A stretch of DNA of 20,000 nt. Source: Eremomyces bilateralis CBS 781.70 (Eukaryota). The notes under the pieces were generated by a model. That model was not told the origin of the DNA, did not search any database, and saw only the letters and a list, made by a program, of their open reading frames with translations. Position 1 is the stretch's first letter; each line of letters opens with the position of its first letter. The position numbers and the translations under genes are program-made. The stretch is from NCBI GenBank assembly GCA_010015585.1, contig ML975152.1; one strand, given 5' to 3'. Positions 10,070 to 20,000 of the stretch are shown here, piece after piece.

Positions 10070-10257
10070 TGTGACAGTCTTGGGCTTCGCCCAGTCTGTG
10101 TGTTGTGGCCTTGCGGCCTAAGGCAGAAGGGATGGGTAGACCGTTTGCCCACAGATGTAAATAGCAGATCGCAGCGAGAGAGATCTTCTCCTTCTCTCTT
10201 TAGCAATTCATCAGCGTTACCAGCTTACCAAATCCTTCGTGGTTTGGGCCCATGACA
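10070..10257 (+). mobile_element. LTR (188 bp, family 2)
   Basis: TGTGACA...TGACA termini. Inverted copy of 19724-19911 with 4 mismatches counted by eye. No TSD (ACGTA/CCTGG). Confidence 0.85.
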
Positions 10258-12526
10258 CCTGGCTCGCTTCGGTTTAGCGCCTCTACTTCGGGTTTGGCGG
10301 TGTCTTCTTCTAGTTTGGCGTGCTCGGTTTAGGCATTACTGCCTGCCGATCTATCAGTGAGATCCATGTCGGAGAGTAAGGGGAGTTCTCATTGGCGCTG
10401 GAGCATGGCAGATTTACCTGCGAAAACGGCGTCACAAACCTCCAAAAACGGAGGTCAATCTGCCGTCTTTTTGTTTAAAAGAGTAATTTGGCTCAAGATA
10501 GTCGAATAAGTGTTAGTCTGAATACCTTATGTATGCGTATCTGATCACGAAATCTGTCCACTGTGAAGGGCCACTGATATGAGGACGCCCGAGGAGAAAG
10601 TTCCGAGATGACGAACCCCAATTGCAATCTTGTAGCGGATTTTGGGGACGCAAGTTCACTGCATTACGAAAGACACTGTCCGAAGGCCCACATCCTGGTG
10701 AGTATATTCTATAGTGGCGTGCGGTTCAGGTTCTCATCCCTCCCTTTGGAGGCATCGAGTGAACTAATCCTCTACAGTCATTTGTGCTTTTTGCTGGTGA
10801 GGATTCGAGGCAAGATGTATCTAGACTTGTCGTTCAAGCATTCATTCACATCACCAAATATCGCAAATATGAGCGAATGGTTGTGGAGATGAGCTCAGTC
10901 AACTATAAGACGGATGCCCCTCGAGGCTTTTAAGTCGATTACCCCTGCAAAGGACTTCGCACTGATCATTATCAACTGCAAAGAACTAAGAACCTCAGCC
11001 CTGCTCTAGCACATGCCTCTTGAAGCACGCAAATGAGTAGTAGGTGCCGGCTGTGTACTCTTCCTGATACCGAGCTTATTAGCGATGTTCCTCCTGACTG
11101 GAGGCCAAACAGTTGGATTTTTGCCGAGTGTGTTCATAGCAAAGGTATGTCCCCACCCACACGGTCGAGCGGCCTGGTACTCTACTGATTATATCGTTAG
11201 AACACACAATCAGGGGATTAATATGGTCAGGATCAATACGGGGGAGATTATGATGGCTGACAAGGATTTCCCGGCCGAAAGAACTACTGGACTTGAAGGG
11301 GCGAGAACGTTAGCGTAAATTTAATCACGTCCAGCTCCGTTTCAAGGCTTATATCTCCTTCATTTATGTCTCCTAAAGGAGAAACCATACCCCCGTCGGG
11401 GGGCTGGGGCCATGATATACTATTAGTATAACATAGTATTGGGATTTGGAATGTATTTATTGCAGTATAATCATATATCAGAAATAGGAGTCCATCAGTC
11501 TGAGTGGCAATTGAAATGTTTCAAACATACCGGCCGTCAGTCACACTCAGTGCGAGAGATGTAGTAGTCTTCAATGGTTCAGCTTATAGCTACTTTAGCT
11601 ATGTCGGAGCACTTTTGAGGATGAACTCGTTGAGACTTGAATATGTAAGCTGTCCACTGACGCATTGCTTTAGCTCCATAATAGTGTCACCCGGCGTCCC
11701 AACCCATCTCCGTGGCTGACGCTATCGCGGTGGTTGAAGGCAAGGGCGGGGAGATCTCGACCGCGCTTAAGTCATCGGAGACGACAGTGTATAGGACAAA
11801 TATAATGTGTCAACTTTTGAGATGCCTAAGAAAACAAAATGTTGGCCGTCAAAGGGTGGCATTGTTCGCAGATTTTTCAACGCTTACGCCGTTATTGACT
11901 GGCATATTTGGTTGGGAAATGAATAATCAGAGGATTGGTCATGCTTGTGGCGGTATTGTATTCAAGATTGCTACCATAGTAAGGCCGAGCGCTCCAATGG
12001 TATGTCCACTGATCAGGGCTGACTTCAAAGGTTCAAGTCCGTTGCGTTATTAACGTTCGCAAACTCTATCATCATATCGAAAGTATCCAGCGGCTCATCC
12101 TCTGTATCCTCCCTGGGAGATCTGCCAGATGGATACAATCACAGTGGCTCCGGCACCACCGTGCTCCTCGCATTCTGCTCGTTCGCAACTGCGGCGGCTG
12201 TCACAGTATGCATATGGTCGTACTCAGCAGCACTAGCTGACGAAGAGTGCGACGCGAGTGGGGACCAATTTCCATTGGAATGGCTGCAGTATGATAATGA
12301 CGCAAGGCTTCAGGAAGAAGCTTATGCTCAAGAGGACGAGTAGGCACACGGGGCATATGACGATGGTCATAAACAGACGTGCTATCGGGAATGAGCCTCA
12401 GGAATAGTTATCACCAGACGTACTTCGCAATGTGATCAGTGGCAATCACCCGAGGTGGAGAGATGGGAGGTCTTACTGTAGGCGCAGAGATAGATCACTC
12501 CAAAGGTAATTTTGGGGACCGAGTGC

Positions 12527-13319
12527 TCAATGAATTTCTTCTTGAAATTCCTCTTGAATTAAAGCAGGAGCTAATCCATTTTCGACGCGACCGATTCTTG
12601 TAAACGGCCAGAGTGTAGCATTGACTTTCCCTTGAATTAGTGCTAGAGGGATCGGACCGAGCATGCGCGAATCCCTTGACCACGGTAGGTTGTCCCCGAC
12701 AACGTAACAATGGCCACGAGGCACCTTGAAAATGAGTGAGCGGAGGAGACTTCCGAGTTGTAGCTTTGGATATGGACTCTCGATATACCTGAATCATCAT
12801 ACCCTCTCCTTCCCCAGGCGTATCTCGCAGAACGAAATCGCCAGGCATCCCGACAACACGTTTAATCGCATTGTAGTCGCCTATCGGGTGGGCGAAGCTG
12901 ATAACATCGCCAACTTGAATGCCTCTCCCCCTTCGATATTTCCTCGAGATCCAAACCGCACTGTCCGACACCGGGAGAAGGGGGAGCATCGATGGGCCAC
13001 CCGTGTCCTTTATGGTTCCAACCAGGTATATGCCGAAATGGAGCCATATGAACAGTTGAGGAGCCCAGAATGCCAGGCGCCAGGCTTGTGGGCCATGGTC
13101 GCGAAATCTTTGCGGAATTTCGCGTAGAGATGGGAAGAATCGCCGGCTCCGTGGAACCGGTTCTGGTGTATCCGTCTGCTTCGGGACCGGTGGAGGTTCG
13201 GGTTCGGCTGGGGCGGGCTTCTTAGGAGCGGGTGGCGCCTTGTAAGGTGCTGGTCTTTTTTTTGACTGACTGGCGTCCTTGATGTGGCGTACAGCGAGAC
13301 GACGCCATGACGGGTTCAT
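12527..13319 (-). CDS. IMP1: Mitochondrial inner membrane peptidase subunit 1 (S26). Exons 13319-12789 and 12724-12527
   Basis: Catalytic motifs GPSMLP and IKRVVGMPGD. Intron 12788-12725 (GTATAT...AAG) joins MMIQ to VPRGHCYVVGDNLPWSRDSRMLGPIPLALI. Confidence 0.9.
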
Positions 13320-13759
13320 TGAATAGACAAAGACAAGTATCAGGGACGTCGCAGGGTCATGGCACCAGACAAGACCCCGAGGCAAAGCCTGATAATCAGA
13401 GGATAAGAGATATTGGCAAGGAGAACATCTACGTCCGCTTTGCTTCTGGGAATCCCTAGAGATGTTCACAAAGAACTACCAACTTTCGAGGTGGAGTGAG
13501 AGATCACCAGAATCCAGATATTATTACTCGAGCAGCTTGGGAGTTGAATGCCTTTCTGCCTGAGGCGTCAACATCTAACGTCCGCCAAGCATCTTATCTC
13601 CGCGTGGAACGAAAACCCCGAACCCACTCAAATTTCTCGTTCCGCTTCACTGGTGCAGAATTGCCAATTCCATGCCCTAATGGTCCAGACGTCCATCTAG
13701 AAACCCAACGAATTATATATCCTAAATCGCGTGTGATTTCACGGGGCAGATATTCGAAC
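13320..13759. promoter_or_regulatory. Probable bidirectional promoter between IMP1 and ENP1
   Basis: Inferred only from the head-to-head start codons 440 bp apart. Confidence 0.5.
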
Positions 13760-15334
13760 ATGCCGAAGACCGCGCAAATTTCGTCGGACAGCCGGCAACA
13801 GCGCCGCCACAACCCTCTCGCCGACGAGTATGACCCCGTCCAGCCATTCAAAAATAAAGTCGCCAAGCGGAGGAAGTCGCGCCATGACGGAGACGAAGAG
13901 GAACGATTCGTTGATACCGCCGCATCTCGGAAGATTTTGCGCATAGGCCAGGACCTGGAAGAGGAGGAAGCAGCCGAGCAGCGAGGTCGATATGTACAGG
14001 AGGAGAACGTCGCTTTCCAGTTCGAGTCAAGATTTCCAGCCGCCGAGCCGGAAGAGGATGAAGGCGCATATGATGATGAGGACGCCTGGGGAGATGAAGA
14101 TGAAGTGGTTGAAGAAGTGGTATGCATGTCCGTTGACTCCAGGATAGACCCGATCTGATATCCCTCGCAGGAAGTGGACCCGAACGATTTGGATCTCTTC
14201 AATAAATTTAACCCTTCAACCGACCCGGAGCTACACTGGCCCGGAGACCAACCGACCCTCTCAGAATCAAAAGGCGGGACGAATCTTGCGGATCTGATCC
14301 TTTCCAAGATAGCCGCTCACGAAGCCCTTCAAAGCGGCAATGCCGACGAAGAAGATGAAGCCCCCTCCGAGGAGATTCCCCCGAAGGTTCTCCAAGTCTA
14401 CACAACGATAGGACCACTCCTCTCCCGCATGACGACGGGCAAACCCCCCAAACCATTCACGATTATTCCTACTCTTCCCCTGCCTACCCAAGCCACGCTC
14501 CTCTCCCTAACCGAGCCGCTCAACTGGACACCGCACGCCGCGTACACGGCCACGAAGCTGTTTATCTCCGGCACGCCTGCATCCGCGCAGATGTTCCTGA
14601 CCGAGGCTCTCCTACCGTTGGTCCGCGAAAGGATAGACGATCACGCCCAGCACAAGCTGCACCAAACGTTGTACCGCGCGCTGAAGAAGGCACTATATAA
14701 ACCATCCGCATTTTTCAAGGGTCTGCTGTTCCCGCTCTTGGAATCGATGCCATCGATGCGAGAAGCGCATATCATCGCATCCGTCATTGCGCGCGTTTCG
14801 ATACCTGTTCTCCATTCTGCAGCCGCACTTCTCCGCTTGACGGAGATCGCAGCGGACAGCACTTTAGGATCGTGGAATACTAAGGGTGGAGACGCAGGTG
14901 GCGCTGGTCCAGTCAACTGGTGTATCAAAATTCTGATCGAGAAGCGCTACGCCCTTCCTTATCGTGTTATCGACGCCCTCGTGTTTCATTTCTTGCGATA
15001 TCGTGGGGTTGGTTCAGGAGACGACATCAATATGAGCGATACCAGGTCTATTGCAGGTGTGAGCCGCAAGAACCTGTCGAGGGAAGAGTCGCTGCCGCTG
15101 CTGTGGCATCAGAGTCTGCTTGCCTTCGCGCAGAGATATCGGGATGACATCACCGAGGACCAGCGAGAAGCGCTGCTGGATCTGCTGCTGGCCAAGGGCC
15201 ATCGGGGAATCGGTCCGGAAGTCAGAAGAGAGCTACTTGCTGGAAGAGGACGAGGGAATGCGGTGGAAGGAGCTGCGGCGGCCGTTGAAAATGGTGGTGA
15301 TGATACGATGGAAGGCGTGCAAATTGGTGCTTAA
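13760..15334 (+). CDS. ENP1: Bystin / ENP1 (40S biogenesis factor). Exons 13760-14119 and 14171-15334
   Basis: RRHNPL, SRKILRIGQDL, ALKKALYKPSAFFKGLLFPL, SIPVLHSAAAL, KRYALPYRVIDALVFHF, LPLLWHQSLLAFAQRY and GPEVRRELLAG. Intron GTATGC(14120)..GCAG(14170). Confidence 0.95.
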
Positions 15335-15456
15335 ATGGAGCATTCACCTAGGTTCAGGTCCAATGCAACTATGCAAGGGCCCCTGGATTGGATATGAAGT
15401 AGTGCTTGTATACCTATCATGCGATAGACTATCTTATGCTTCCACGTAACTAGCAT

Positions 15457-17866
15457 TCAAGACTCTGATAAATCGATTACAGGTAGATCCGACATGTGAA
15501 TCTTCGCGCTGCCGTGCGGCACTAGCTTCCACTCTTGAACGGGTCCGATGCACTTTCTCAATTCCTTCGAAGGCGGCAAATCCGGTATTCGTCCATCACG
15601 GACGTGCCCTGTCTTCCCACCATATAATGGCCACTCAATCTCGCACCCTTTCACCGTTATGCTTATTGGAGGCACTCCTGGTGCCCAGACGGGGTTCGGT
15701 AGCGAACCGTCCTCCGGCACACCGGCATTATGGACGGAGAGCGTGCTCGGGTCAATAGCAACCGCCCACGGTGACGATGGTGTCATCGACCAATCTTTCG
15801 CTTCGGGTGGGATCTCAGACGGATCAAACGGCGTGCGACCATCGAACTTTACGGGGTTGTGAGAGGTCGATTCGACGTCGATGTGAAGGGAGTAGAGCAG
15901 TGGCCCGTAGAACACAGCAACGGTGTCGTTCATTCTCGGTTCGGTGCGCGGCGCTGCAATCAATTTGACCGCCCCGATATGCTTGCCGGCTGACAGTACG
16001 GGAACGGCGTGAAGTCCGCCAGGGATATCCGTAGAACCTGGGGCAATCCTTCGACGCCTGGCCTGACCCAAGCCTCCAGAACTGGATACGGAGGATCGTT
16101 CGATGCTTGAGATCTCCAACGTGGATCCGGGTTGTGCCCACTCCGGGACTCGGAAGTAAAACGTGAACGGACCAGCGCACTCGATCTCGTAGCGAAGAGT
16201 GAGATCAAACGGGTATGCCGTTTTGCACTCGATGGATACATCGGCGTTCCTGAGCGATGTTCGAACGCGACTTGGACCAAGCAAGGCATGAACGATGCCG
16301 TCTTCACCATATCTCATCCAACTGTTAGCCACAAATTTCGGCCAACCTTGGCCCTGGTTGACTGTGCAGCACGGATAGTTCAGCTCGAGGCCGAATGTTT
16401 GGCCGTATGCTCCCACGTTCCAGAACGGATTTCCTCTTGCTGGGTCTGCATTCTTATGGATGTGGCCATGGTCGCTTGGAGGTAATGCCTCTTGTTCGGT
16501 ACTAGCAAGTCTGTCTAGGGCAGCAGCTGCCAAAGGTTTTGCGAACGGTTGATTTGGCTGGGAAACGTATTGATGTGCCCAGTGATCGGGGGTTGTTATA
16601 GCTGGAAGTGCATTGTACGCAATCAATTCCGCTCGAGATGCGGAATCAGGATCACCCAATGCGGAGTAGAGATAGGCGAGTGAGTACAGAGCTTCCACTG
16701 TGGTGCAGAGCTCCGAGCCATAGTAAGGTTCGAGCCCTGCGATCCGTTCGTCGGCTAGGATAGTCCCAGATGCAGCGCCGTGAAATTCAAAGGTCCATTG
16801 AACACCGCGGCGAGTAGTTTGCAGAAGGGTCTCATTCCGCGTAAGCCGACGGACAACGGCACCGGATTTTAGACCTGGAGATCGTGTTAACGACAATGGG
16901 AATGTATGGCATTCAATTGATAGTACCTTGTCCAAGGTTCACACCATGCATGTATGGTAAATATTGGTTTTCAAGCTCTCTTCCGCCATCCGGAAGATCA
17001 TTGGGATCCAATTTTACAAATGTTCCTTCTTGAAACCAAGTGGCCCAGTCTATCGATCCTTGAACTAAGAGTTCCATGACTCTTATAATGCTCTCTTTCT
17101 GCACCGCAGGCTCATGCTCCAGCAGCCATTGAAGCGAGATCATGCAGTCAGCCATGCGGACCCTGGCCCAGGTGTGGTCGAATTCACTCAGTGCGCTGCC
17201 TTCGTGATATAGGTAGCCTTCAAAATCATTCTCAAGCATGGTGTGCATCAGACCAACAAACTTTTGGATGGACGGCAGGACTTTGCCGCTGTACGCTCCA
17301 TAATCAGCTTGGAGTAGGCCGATCATCCCAAGGAGAACGGGAAAACGGGCCCAAAAATTCCGTCTGGTGCCGGTTTCGGGACCAAGCCAGCCGTCTGCTG
17401 CTTGATGGGCAGTAATAAAGGACACCGCTCCGTGTATCTGGATTTTTAATCTCTCATCGTCAAGCGAGTATGCAAGAGGCACAATTCCATTAAACCAGTA
17501 TGGGAACCCTTCGTTCAACAATGCGTACTCCTGGTCTCCTCCAAGCCAAGGCGAGTATTTAACGAAGCGATAGAAGTCATATTCGTGCCCTGGTAGTCCA
17601 GCTGCCATGGTCTGCAGTTCGGAATGAAGCCATCCTGCGGGCTTAATGGATCCTAAGGGTAACGGGTCGAAAACAAAGGGGATTAGATCGCTGGACGAAG
17701 GCATTGAGAACGAGGCTGACTGGATTGACGTAACGCAAAGGAGCGATAAACCCCCAAACCAGTTCATATACATGACGATGACCAGTATAACCGCCGTTAT
17801 AAAAGTGGAAAACACTGCTCGATTGCTGGTAAATAGTAACAAATGTCGGACGACGATTAAGGCCAT
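15457..17866 (-). CDS. Probably secreted DUF1680 / GH127-like (beta-L-arabinofuranosidase-like) glycoside hydrolase. Exons 17866 (or 17773)-16927 and 16874-15457
   Basis: PLPLGSIKPAGWL, EGFPYWFNG, HGVNLGQG|LK across intron 16926-16875, GSELCTTVE, NYPCCTVN.GQGWPKF, TAYPF and RVPEWA. Hydrophobic N-terminus; start codon uncertain. Confidence 0.88.
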
Positions 17867-19034
17867 GATGACGCGAGGGCGTCGTAGAAAGGGCGGATTT
17901 ATAGTACCAGCTTAGGAAGCTGTTATGCTTCACAAAATTTGAACACAAGCGACCCTAACGGCGTGCCACTTTCCACCCCCATCTGCTGTGCCCAACAAAG
18001 GCAAGGCGCTGTAACTTCCTGCTGCGCACGAAGGTTCAATTCGATATGCCCACATTCGAGGTTCTGAACAGGCAACCTTGCTCTGCCGACAGGTCTCACT
18101 GCTTGCTTGTGATTTCTGCACAGATTCACGTGAAAAGACTGGAGCCTCAACGTGCCACAACGGGTCTCGTAGCACAGCCAACAAAACGCGGAAATCTCAT
18201 TTATGGACCAATTGAGGATTATCAATTCGATGAAGTTTGGCGATTCCGGTTGGACAAGCGGCAATCATATGCAAGTCACGTAGAAATATGCGCGTGACTT
18301 CGGCTAAAATTCGGCTTTTCAGAATTGCTAAAGCGGCGCGAGCGGTACTCCGTGTAAAACGGACGCCGTGCTGCAAATAGGGGTAACCCCTGGATTTGAG
18401 CGACGTCCCTTCCCCCTTCCGATTCAACATTCAACATTGGACTTCCAGAACTCGTCTTGTATTTTCTGCTAAGCGCACAAAGCGTACTCTAGATTTGTCT
18501 ATACATGGTGTAAATAGGCGATATTTGTTTTCTAAGTACTGAATCGTCAAGCCAATATCAAATAGTAGCTCTGTCCTGCATATTCCTTCTATCCGAGTCT
18601 CCTATACACAATAGTGCTTTCACTCCGCTCTCACTTCGCCACCACTGAATTACTTGATCCCGAAGTATAATACCGTGCCGTCGTTTGCTGTGGTAGTGAC
18701 GCAAAGGCCGTCATTGGCGTTTAGTTTAATCAGCAGCATCATTCAGCCCCACCTTGTGCACCTCGACGCCTATATGTTCTGCTCTTTTCATTCCAAACTT
18801 CCTTCTTTTGTTTTACTTTTCTATCATGATGAAACCCTCATTGCATTGTTTTATAGCTTAGACTATGTCAACGGCACCTGATGACGAATGCTTTATCCTT
18901 CCCTCTCCCATATCCTAGCAAGCTTGGATTGGGAATCATTTCCACTGTCTGGCTTGCCCGAGACACTCAGTAAGTCTGATCACTAATTTGTTGGACTCAG
19001 AGAAAGAAACTATTGACCAACACCATCTAGGGGG

Positions 19035-19495
19035 TGACGACATGGATGAACCGTCGTCTTTCGTTGTTATTCCCATCTCCTACCAGCAGACATGGACGAA
19101 TCGTCGTTTCTCCTTCCTACTCCCATCTCTATCCCGATCTCCAACTCAACCACCAACCCCTCCTCCAACCCCATCTCCAGCTGGCCGACCTTTCAGCCGT
19201 GTCCAAATATATAGAGGGTTCTGTCCTAGTTGTAAATTGAATCTCTCGCACTCTTTGCTTGCACCGGGGCCTGCCTTTCGACCCTGTCCAAATATCAGCC
19301 GACTTTTGACCATATTCAAAACATGGTCTGTCGGTCGGTCGGCTACGTCTATATATAGACCAACTTTTGACCATACCCAAACATGGTCGGTCGGTCAGCC
19401 GGCCATGCCAAAATATATTGAGAATGCTCTCCTCTGGCCGTTATACCTCTCACTCTTTACTTACATATGGCCGGATTTTCAGTCGTGTCCATGTA
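19035..19495. repeat. Degenerate direct repeats (ACATGGTC.GTCGGTC; CCGAC/TTT..CCGTGTCCAAATAT; GACATGGA.GAA.CGTCGT)
   Basis: ~61-bp-spaced duplication TTTTGACCATA..CAAACATGGTC..TCGGTC near 19303-19345 and 19364-19405. Related units near 19037/19089 and 19185/19275/19471. Confidence 0.5.
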
Positions 19496-19723
19496 GAAAC
19501 TCTCACGCCATTATAGCCTCTGGAATTGACTATAGCCAACTTTATACTTGTCATCACCTTCCCTGTGGCCACGATTTTATACCTCTCCCTATCTTCCAGG
19601 ATTGAAGGTAGATTATATACTTCTTTATATCTCCCAGAGTGGGAAGACTCATTCCTCAACTCATGCACTACACGGCTATCCGCAGGTGGAAGAAACCACT
19701 TGTATGACAATTTGTATGACAAC

Positions 19724-19911
19724 TGTCAAGGGCCCAAACCACGAAGGATTTGGTAAGCTGGTAACGCTGTTGAATTGCTAAAGAGAGAAGGAGAAGATCT
19801 CTCTCACTGCGATCTGCTATTTACATCTGTGGGCAAACGGTCTACCCATCCCTTCTGCCTTAGGCCGCAAGGCCACAACACACAGACTGGGCAAAGCCCA
19901 AGACTGTCACA
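19724..19911 (-). mobile_element. LTR (188 bp, family 2); probable 3' LTR of an element extending beyond the right edge of the window
   Basis: Inverted ~98% copy of 10070-10257. On the minus strand it is preceded by the purine run AAAAGGGAGGAGAG (~19918-19931, PPT-like). No TSD. Confidence 0.85.
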
Positions 19912-20000
19912 AAAGGTCTCTCCTCCCTTTTAAGGAGGCCGTCTATCTCCTGCCCTTAACGCTTCGGAAGCAATGTTTCGGCCCGTCTGAGCTTCGTAGT

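Larger units (their letters stand above)
5899..10482. mobile_element. Putative cassette B: same end type as cassette A, bounded by an AGTAA direct repeat; carries an F-box gene plus nested TE fragments
   Basis: AGTAAAAGAGACGACGGCA at 5894-5912 is identical to 2414-2432. Right end CGGAGGTCAATCTGCCGTC at 10449-10467, followed by GAGTAA at 10481-10486. Confidence 0.55.

Noticed and set aside
9523..18682. Other GACGGCA/TGCCGTC heptamers (~9523, ~16296, ~17271, ~18676)
   Set aside because: They lack the GACC-K-CC second half and the adjacent GTAA, so they are chance matches.
18988..19605. 205-aa ORF
   Set aside because: TTG start, low complexity, overlaps degenerate DNA repeats, and has no recognisable domain.
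10070..19911. Family-2 LTR pair as a single element enclosing IMP1/ENP1/GH127
   Set aside because: The copies are inverted, with no shared TSD, and they enclose housekeeping genes. Independent insertions are more likely.

Overview
Fungal (filamentous ascomycete-type) genomic DNA with short GT-AG introns. Conserved genes flank the window: a PPIL2/Cyp8 U-box cyclophilin on the left, and IMP1, bystin/ENP1 and a GH127-like glycoside hydrolase on the right. Between them lies a ~10 kb accessory island (~2.4-12.4 kb) containing LTRs of two families, a RIP-damaged Ty3/gypsy gag remnant, a 5'-truncated Tad1-type LINE, an intact PD-(D/E)xK-like nuclease gene and an intact F-box gene. The most notable observation is a 19-bp motif, GACGGCA-N4-GACC-K-CC-R, that occurs four times as two inward-facing inverted pairs. 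Each copy sits next to a directly repeated AGTAA (TTACT on the minus strand). The pairs delimit two single-gene cassettes: 2419-4354 (nuclease-like gene) and 5899-10482 (F-box gene). A short TTAC direct repeat with asymmetric TIRs recalls Starship boundaries, but these units are miniature and no captain recombinase is visible in the window. Mobility is inferred, not demonstrated.
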